A stretch of 64,000 nt of DNA from Blastocladiella emersonii ATCC 22665 (taxonomy: Eukaryota; Fungi; Blastocladiomycota): NCBI GenBank assembly GCA_025594325.1, contig JANHCV010000005.1, positions 1,922,001 to 1,986,000 on the forward strand, read 5' to 3'. The notes below the pieces were generated by a model that worked only from the letters and a program-made list of their open reading frames with translations, ran no database searches and was not told the DNA's origin. Position numbers and translations under genes: made by a program. Shown one piece after another: positions 56,792-64,000 of the stretch (position 1 is the first letter of the stretch; every line of letters begins with the position of its first letter).

Positions 56792-58878
56792 TTAGTCCTC
56801 GAGCACCAGCGTGAAGAGGAGGATGAGGGCGTCCGTGCGGCGACTGGTCTTGCCGAACCGCAGGATCTCGCCGAGACCGGAACGCACGACCCGCGCCTTG
56901 GGGTACGACTTGTCGAGCTGGATGAGCTGGGCGATCAGCTGCTCGGCGCACCGGACGAGCGCGGTCTCGCCCACAGTCGAGGCGTGCGACGTGAAGCCGA
57001 ACTCGAACGGGAGGCCTGCCGCGGCGAGATGATGCAGGCAGCGCTTGACGCGGTTGGCGAGGTCGTACGACAGCAGCTTGCACTCGTCGACACGGTGCGA
57101 GTGCTCTTGGCCCATGATGCGGCCTGGCTCGCCGCGGAGGACGGCGCGGCAGTAGCCGCACATGGAGAAGAAGGGGCGGTTGGCCGCAGGAGGAGCGGGT
57201 ACGGAAGCGAGCGCGAAATCATGAGGCGCTGCGACGGATGCGGACGACGAGGCTCTCGACGAGGCCGTGGCCGCGGCGGCCGCCGGCGGACCCGCCGGTG
57301 CGGCAGAGTTGGCCTGGACGGCGACGGAGTTGTCGTGCGATGCGATGCCCGAGGCCTTGCGCATCGCCGCCTGCTGCAGCTCGCGGAGCGTGTCGAAGAA
57401 GAAGCCGAGCAGGTGCGCGCGACCGTCGGCCGTCGGCAGTTGGGCGAGCATGCGGAGCGCGAGCTGGATGGGCCGGTACTCGGGGCTCCGGTCGCAGAGC
57501 TTCTCGATCTGGTCCGCGAGCCGCTGAGCGCGCCGCGCGAGAATCGCCTCGGTGACGTCGGGCCCGGTTCCCGGCTTGATGTTCTGGATGCCCTTGACGC
57601 GGCGCAGCCCGGGCTCGAACGTCTTGGCAAACCGGACGATCTCCTGCTCGGACCGCACCAGCGGACACTGCGACGTGCCGTGCGCGTCCAGGCGCACGCG
57701 CTTTGACCCAGACCCGGACCGGATAATCATCTTGCACAGCTTGCACCCGCGGCCGGCGGCGGCCGTCGTAGGCCCGTGGTGATGGTGGTCGTGGTGATGG
57801 GCCGCCGTGTGGTGGTGGTGGTGGTGGTGGTGGTGGTCATCGTGACGCGGATGGACCGACGTGGAAGAACCAGTCGACGACGACGTCGCGTACGCCGACG
57901 ATGTCGTAGATGCGGGAGCGGCGCTCGCGGACTGCTCGTAGGCCTGCGGCTCGTAGGCGTGCGACTGCTGCTGCTGGCGGCGGAAGCGGCGGCCGAGGCG
58001 CTGCTGGGCGGGATACTTGCCGCCGCCGGCGACGAGCTCGAAGATGATGGGGACGGCGCGGCCGCGGTCACGGACGCGAACCCGAGCGCGTTGAAGACGG
58101 GAACAGCCGGCATGAACTGGTGCCGTGGGCGCCGCGGGTCCCGTGCCTGCGCGGAACCGAGCGGGGCGGGGGCAGCAGCGGCGAGGACGGGTGCGCCGGG
58201 TGTGGTAGAAGATGAGGCGGCAGACGACGGCGGCGCGCTTGATGCCGACGCGGGCGCCGAGATCGAGGCCGGCCGAGCCGGTGCGGGCGCCGAGGTAGTC
58301 GCCGAGGATACGGCCGCCGGCGCCGCGGCCGATGGTGGTCCACGGCCTGCGGGAACTTGAGCAGGAGCTGGCATCGGCGGACCGGTTGCTTCGGGCACGG
58401 GCGTCGACGTGAGCGCGGCGATGCGGCTCGTGACGATCTGGTGCGCGTGGTCGAGCTGGGTCGCCATGGCCGACACGCGGATCGACGCCTCGACGAGCGG
58501 CTTGTGGCGGCCGTGCGGGATCTCGGCCGCGATGCTCTGGGCGATCCGGGCGACCTGGTCGCGCGTCTCCTCGGCGTGCCACTCGCACGCCGCGCCCATG
58601 GCGACCCAGCCGCCGACCGTGGCGGGCTCCATGGCGTTGTTCTGGATGAACGCCATCAGCGCGGCGCTGGCCGCGGCGTCGACCGTCGGCGGCGTGGGCG
58701 CCGCGGGCGGCGGGGCGGGCGCCGCGGGCGGCGGGGCGGGCGCCGCGGGCGGCGGGGCGGGCGCCGCGGGCGGCGGGGCGGGCGCCGCGGGCGGCGGGGC
58801 GGGCGCCGCGGGCGGCGGGGCGGGCGCCGCGGGCGGCGGGGCGGGCGCCGCGGAGGCGTCAGGCGCGTGTTGATGCAT
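56792..58878 (-). CDS. Double C-x2-C-x17-H-x4-C domain protein, copy 2 (same two-frame split)
   Basis: Mirror of 35147-37212; identical translations apart from one extra AAPAPPP unit. Confidence 0.6.
58705..58851 (-). repeat. 21-bp VNTR x7 (AAPAPPP)
   Basis: The 447-aa versus 440-aa ORF pair and the shift of coordinate sums from 94025 to 94004. Confidence 0.92.
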
Positions 58879-59434
58879 ATAGAGAGTCGCTGCAAGTGGC
58901 GCAAGGGGCCCGTCGTCGCGGCCACACGGAGTCGAGGACGGAGCCGAGGTGAGGAGACGGAATCGTCGCCGTCCGCGCGGCGACGCGTCCGGCCGATGGG
59001 AATCTTCTAAGAACGCGTCTCTCCGATGTCTCCCGCGCCGGCACGCCGCATCACATGCCGCGGGGGACACTGTCTCTCGAAGTCTTTGTCTGGCGCCCTA
59101 TGCTTCGGGCGGAGACGGCCGAGTGCTCAGTGTACGACACGGTCGGTAGGTGGAAGAGCCGTTGATTCGCTCTCAGCCAACACGATAGCACGGCCAGGGT
59201 GGGTTCAGTCCGCCTTCTGCCCAGGTCCGCGCCTCAGCGTCCCTGCGCATGGAAGTCGGTCCTAGATCTCCAGTCCGTATCAGCTCGTATCAGGCAACTT
59301 GATGCCGACTATGAGGTTCCAGCAGATGACGCGCCGCGCCACACGGCTGAGCCCAACGTGATTTGCGCGAACGCGGTGCTCAACCACTGCATATTGCGAC
59401 GATGTCACTCCGAGACCAACATACCTCGTAAACC

Positions 59435-60507
59435 ATGTATCACGGCTGCCGCGCACTTGCCGCACTCGCACCACCGTCACGGCTCACGGCATCGCGCGCG
59501 CTGGCGACCACGGGGGCGGGCGTCGCTGCGGCCCCGACGGCGGGCGCGCCGCAGGTGTTTGACCGCGCCGCCAAGCGGCTGCAGCGCGACCGCGCGAGCC
59601 GGCACCCGAGCGCCCGCGCCGCCGACTACCTCAAGGACGAGATTGCCGCCCGGCTGGTCGACCGCATCCTGGTCCGTCCGTGTTTCTCGGGAAGCGACTT
59701 GCACTCACAGAGACTAACACCCGCGAGATACAACAGGACGTCAAGAACCGGTACCCGGTCATCGTCGACGTCGGGTCCGGCGCGGGGCACGTCGTGAAGC
59801 ACCTCGACGCCGACATCACGTCCAAGGTCGTCATGTGCGACATGTCGCGCGACCTGCTGTACCGCGACGCCGATCTGGACGGGGAGCGCGACGTCGAGAT
59901 CGAGCGGCGCGTGCTCGACGAGGAGACGCAGCTCGGCGGCGCGTTTGCGCCCGACAGCCTCGACATGGTCGTGTCGAACTTGTCCATGCACTGGGTCAAC
60001 GACCTGCCGGGCGTGCTGATCCAGGCGCACCGGTGCCTCAAGCCCGACGGCGTCTTCATCGGCGCCATGCTCGGCGGCGACTCGGTGTTCGAGCTGCGCA
60101 CGAGCCTGCAGCTGGCCGAGCTCGAGCGCGAGGGCGGTGTGTCGCCGCGCGTCAGCCCCATGGCCGTCTCGGCCGACATGGGCGGCCTGCTGTCGCGCGC
60201 CGGGTTCACGCTGACGACCGTCGACGTGGACGAGGTTGTCGTCGACTACCCGTCGGCGTACGAGCTGGTCGACGACCTGCGCGCCATGGGCGAGTCGAAC
60301 GCCGTGGCGCAGCGGCGGCCCGCCCTGAAACGGGACACGCTCGCGGCGGCGGCGGCCATCTACCAGGCCATGCACGGCAACCCCGACGGCAACTCGGTGC
60401 CCGCCACGTTCCAGGTCATCTACCTGATCGGGTGGAAGCCGTCGCCGACGCAGCCCAAGCCGCTGGCGCGCGGGTCGGCGCAGGTCAACCTCAAGGACAT
60501 TTTGTAA
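59435..60507 (+). CDS. NDUFAF5: NDUFAF5-like protein, copy 2
   Basis: Identical translation to copy 1; intron 59672-59736. Confidence 0.9.
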
Positions 60508-60523
60508 TTTTTTTCGGATGCAT

Positions 60524-63424
60524 TCACTTTTGACGCTCGCGGTTCGCCAGCTTGAGCCCGACCAGCGCCGCCGTCTGCCACAGCAGCCCAATCACCACGA
60601 TGTTGAGCACCGCCGCGCCGTACCCGTCCTTGCGGTACCCGAGCGCGTCGTACACGGCGGTCCCCTGCGTCAGCTCGTCCCACGCGCGCGCCCCCGCCTC
60701 CTCGATGAACAGCGCCTCGACGGCGTACCGCGGCGCCGACAGCGACCACAGGAACCGGAACGGGTAGTAGCCGCTGCCCTCGCGCTCCACCTCCCCTAGG
60801 GGTGGGACCAGCCCGCCGAGCACCAGCGCCCACAGCAGCGCAAACGCCGTCGCCACGAGCCCGACGGCCTGCGGCGCGTGCACCGCCGTCGAGATGAAGT
60901 AGCCCATGCTGAACGCCGCGAAATACAGGGCGACCACGACGGCGCAGATGGACACCCACAGCCCGCGGTACGGCCACAGGAATACCAGGGACAGCGAGAA
61001 GGTGACGCCGGCGAGCACGATGCGCGGCACGTCGACGAGGGCCTTGGCCACGAAATAGGGCACCGTCGGCATCCCGGCCGCCACGTCGCGCCAGTACACG
61101 ACGCGCTCGGCGCCGCCAAACGTGCTCGCTCCGACGGAAATGCCCGCAAACAGCACGCCGAGCGACACGAACACGCCCGTCTGCGGCAGCAGGTTGAGGG
61201 GTGTGCGGCACGCCGGCTGCATCGGGAACGGCGTCACGTCGCACAGCGCGTCCGGGTACCGCCCGAGGTACTCGTTGTCCTGCGAGGCGAGCGAGATGAA
61301 GGCGCCCGCGGCGAGGTGCACGCCGAGCTCGGACATGAACGAGCCCCAGCTGCGCCAGATCTGGACGGCGGCGCGCCGCATGCACAGCAGCAGCGTGTGC
61401 GCGGGGCCCGGCGTGGCGCGCACCGGGTCGGGCACGCCCAGCGTTTTGAGGGTGTGCGCCGTCTCGTCGGCCACGTCGCGCGCGTAGTCGGCCAAATCGC
61501 GGAACACGTCGGCGACATTGTCGAGCAGCCGGTTGGACAGCGACCGCCGCTTCGCGTTTGCGGGATGTGACCGGGCGAGGGTCGAGATCTCGGCGGCGAC
61601 GCTGCGCATGCTCGCGTTCCCGGGCGTGTGATTGTCGGAAATGGCGGCGCCGCGGCGGAACGCGTCCCAGTAGTCGAACAGGTCGTGCGCGCGAAACTGC
61701 GGGTTCCACGCCAGCGGGACTTTACCGGTGACGACATCCAGAAAAAACTCGGGCTCGCTCTGGCTGGCCGGTTTCACGAACCCGAGGTTGCGCAGGTACT
61801 CGAGCGCGTACCGGCGCGCGCCCGTGTATACGACGCGGCCGCCCGTGCCGAGCAGCGTCACGTCGTCGAACAGCTCAAAGCACTGCTGGCTCGGCGAGTG
61901 CACGACGGCGGCGACGACGAGGCCCTTTTCGACGGCGATGCGCTTGAGCAGCGAGCACAGCTCGAGCGACGTGCTCGAGTCGAGTCCGCTCGTCGGCTAT
62001 TTTGTGGGAAAGGACGGCGGTTAGTGGTCTTTCGTGAGCACAGTTGCAAAGCAAACGGACCTCGTCGAGGAGCAGGATCGACGGCTCGGCGACCAGCTCC
62101 ATGCCAATGTTGACGCGCTTGCGCTGCCCGCCCGAGATGCCGCGCACGCGCTCGTCGCCAATAATCGAGTCGGCGACGCCGAGTAGGCCGAGGTACGCCA
62201 TGAGCTCCTTGACGCGGCGGTCCTTTTCGGGCGTCGGCAGGGCCGCGGGCAGGCGCATGTGGGCCGAGTGCCGCAAAATGTCGCGCACCGTGAGGTCGCG
62301 GAGCACTAATTCGTTGGCGGGGCGTTAGCCTGGTAGCGCACGCGGCGCGCGAAGATAAACGTACTAATGTCCTCTTGCGGGACAAACCCGATCAGCTTGG
62401 CGTAGCGCGCCATCTCGTCTTCGACGTCGTTGAGGTACACGGTGCCGCCCGTGCGGCGCGTCTTGCCGGCCAGCGTATTTAGGAAACTGGACTTTCCCGA
62501 GCCCGAGCCGCCGAGTATGCCCGCGAGCTTGCCGGGGCGCAGCTCGCCCGACACGTCGCGCAGGATGGTGGCGCCGTTGTTGAGCGTCTTGGTGATGCCT
62601 TCGAAGCGGACGTGGAAGTGGACGGCGGGGACCTCGGCGCGCGTCACGTCGGCAATGACCTGGCCGCCCGTGTCGAGGAGGCCCGTGTTCTTTCGCGGTC
62701 CAGCACCGAGGGTGTCGAGCTCAATGGCGGTGCTCGCGGAAGTGGACTCGTCCGAAAAGCCGGCCCGTTGGCGCAGGTTGGGCGCAGCGGACACCCGTTC
62801 AGAGCCGTCCTCGGCCGCGTCCGACGAAGTGGACAAGGGGAAAAAGTTGAGGACGGGGGTCGGCGCTGCCGTCAAGTCGAGCTGGAGCGCCCGCTGCAGC
62901 CGCGCGCGCTTCTGGCGCTTGGCGCGCAGGATGAAAGCAAGCAGCGCGACCACGGCAAAAGCCCCGAACACGACAAAGACGCCGACGCGCGTCGGGACGG
63001 CCGTGCCCGGCTTGCACTGGGCGAGGAAAAAGTGGCACGGGAACGGGCGGTTGCTGCCGCGCGGGCAGTAGGACCCCTCGGGGCACACGGCGATGCGGTT
63101 CGGGCTCGCGCAGTAGAAGCCCGGGCAGCAGTAGACGGGGTGCGCCGTGTCGTAGGGGCACCAGAAGCCCGTCGGGCACGGGTACGAGGCGTCGGCCGAC
63201 CCGGTCGGGCAGAAGCGGCCCTCGGGGCACACGTGGCGCGACGCGATCCACGAGCAGTTGAGCCCCGTGGCGCGGTCCGTGTAGTTGCGGATCTCGAGCA
63301 GGTCGGCGAGCGTGAGGTTCGTGCCGCGGTTGTTGTCGCCGCCGAGGATCACGTCGGCGATGGTGGACGGGACGGTTGTCGTGGCGTTGCTGCCCGCGGG
63401 CCGGGTGCCGTTGCTCGATGCCAT
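60524..63424 (-). CDS. ABCG half transporter with Cys-rich ectodomain, copy 2
   Basis: Mirror of 30601-33501; differs by H to Y and V to A near the C-terminus. Confidence 0.93.
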
Positions 63425-63575
63425 GGTTTCATCTAGTTGAGAGATTCATGGTTTATTACTCGAGCGGGGTTGGGAGAGCGCGGACGCGTCGCGGCGCGGT
63501 TTCCGCTTCTCACCATCCCGGTCCACCCAGCCTCTCCCCCACCATCTCGACCAACTCTTGCCGCAACCAAGAAAG

Positions 63576-64000
63576 ATGCACAGCCGCGACGTGAGCGCGC
63601 ACACGACCTTTGTCGACGACCCGGCACCGGGCCCGAGGGACCGCCCGCCGCAGCCCGCGAGCCCGCCGCTGTCGGCGTCCGTCCTCGTCTACTCAACTCG
63701 GTCCCGCCCTCAGGCACCGCCAGGCCTGGACCGTCCGGCGTGGAACTCGTCGCTGCGGGCTGCCTCCTTGAAGGAAGCACAGCGGCAGCGGGTCCGCGCC
63801 AGCGTCCTCGAGGGCGACCGCGACGTCGCCCTCGCCGACCCGCTGGTCCGCCGCTCGCTCGCCGCCCGGATCACGGTGCCCGCCCTCGACCGGCCCGCCG
63901 CCGAGCGCGTCTACCCGTCGCTCGTCTGTGGCAGCGTCGAACCACAGCAGTTGCGCCCGCGCCACCCGCCGTCGGCCGACGCCGAGTACCTCGGCAGGCT
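63576..64000 (+). CDS. Hypothetical protein, copy 2 of the 29793-30449 gene (partial, runs off the window)
   Basis: ATG at 63576; reverse complement of 30025-30449. Confidence 0.45.
   Translation, partial: MHSRDVSAHTTFVDDPAPGPRDRPPQPASPPLSASVLVYSTRSRPQAPPGLDRPAWNSSLRAASLKEAQRQRVRASVLEGDRDVALADPLVRRSLAARITVPALDRPAAERVYPSLVCGSVEPQQLRPRHPPSADAEYLGR

Larger units (their letters stand above)
55574..64000 (-). repeat. Right arm of giant inverted repeat (at least 8427 bp, runs off the window)
   Basis: Reverse complement of 30025-38430 plus one extra 21-bp VNTR unit. Confidence 0.98.

Overview
GC-rich, intron-containing eukaryotic DNA. Introns are short (about 55-90 nt) with GTACG/GTGCG/GTCCG donors, CTRAC branch points and YAG acceptors. 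Fungal-type genes (Uds1-like coiled-coil protein, Prm10/ThrE, Kre9-like domain) sit beside genes absent from model yeasts (kaptin, PUF60, GH19), which suggests an early-diverging, probably zoosporic fungus (inference). The dominant structure is a giant inverted repeat: 30025-38430 is the near-exact reverse complement of 55574-64000 (arms of at least 8.4 kb, the right one running off the window) around a 17.1 kb spacer of six single-copy genes. By comparing the ORF translations and spot-checking bases I found only 3 clustered SNPs and one 21-bp VNTR unit between the arms. Each arm carries an ABCG transporter, NDUFAF5, and an unrecognised protein with two C-x2-C-x17-H-x4-C knuckles, each followed by a related helical domain. 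Inward of the identical boundary, decayed tandem copies of that gene's 3' end continue on both sides. Four near-identical copies of a 62-bp dyad element are placed symmetrically around the spacer. The left half holds ordinary genes plus a diverged tandem pair of unknown membrane or secreted proteins.
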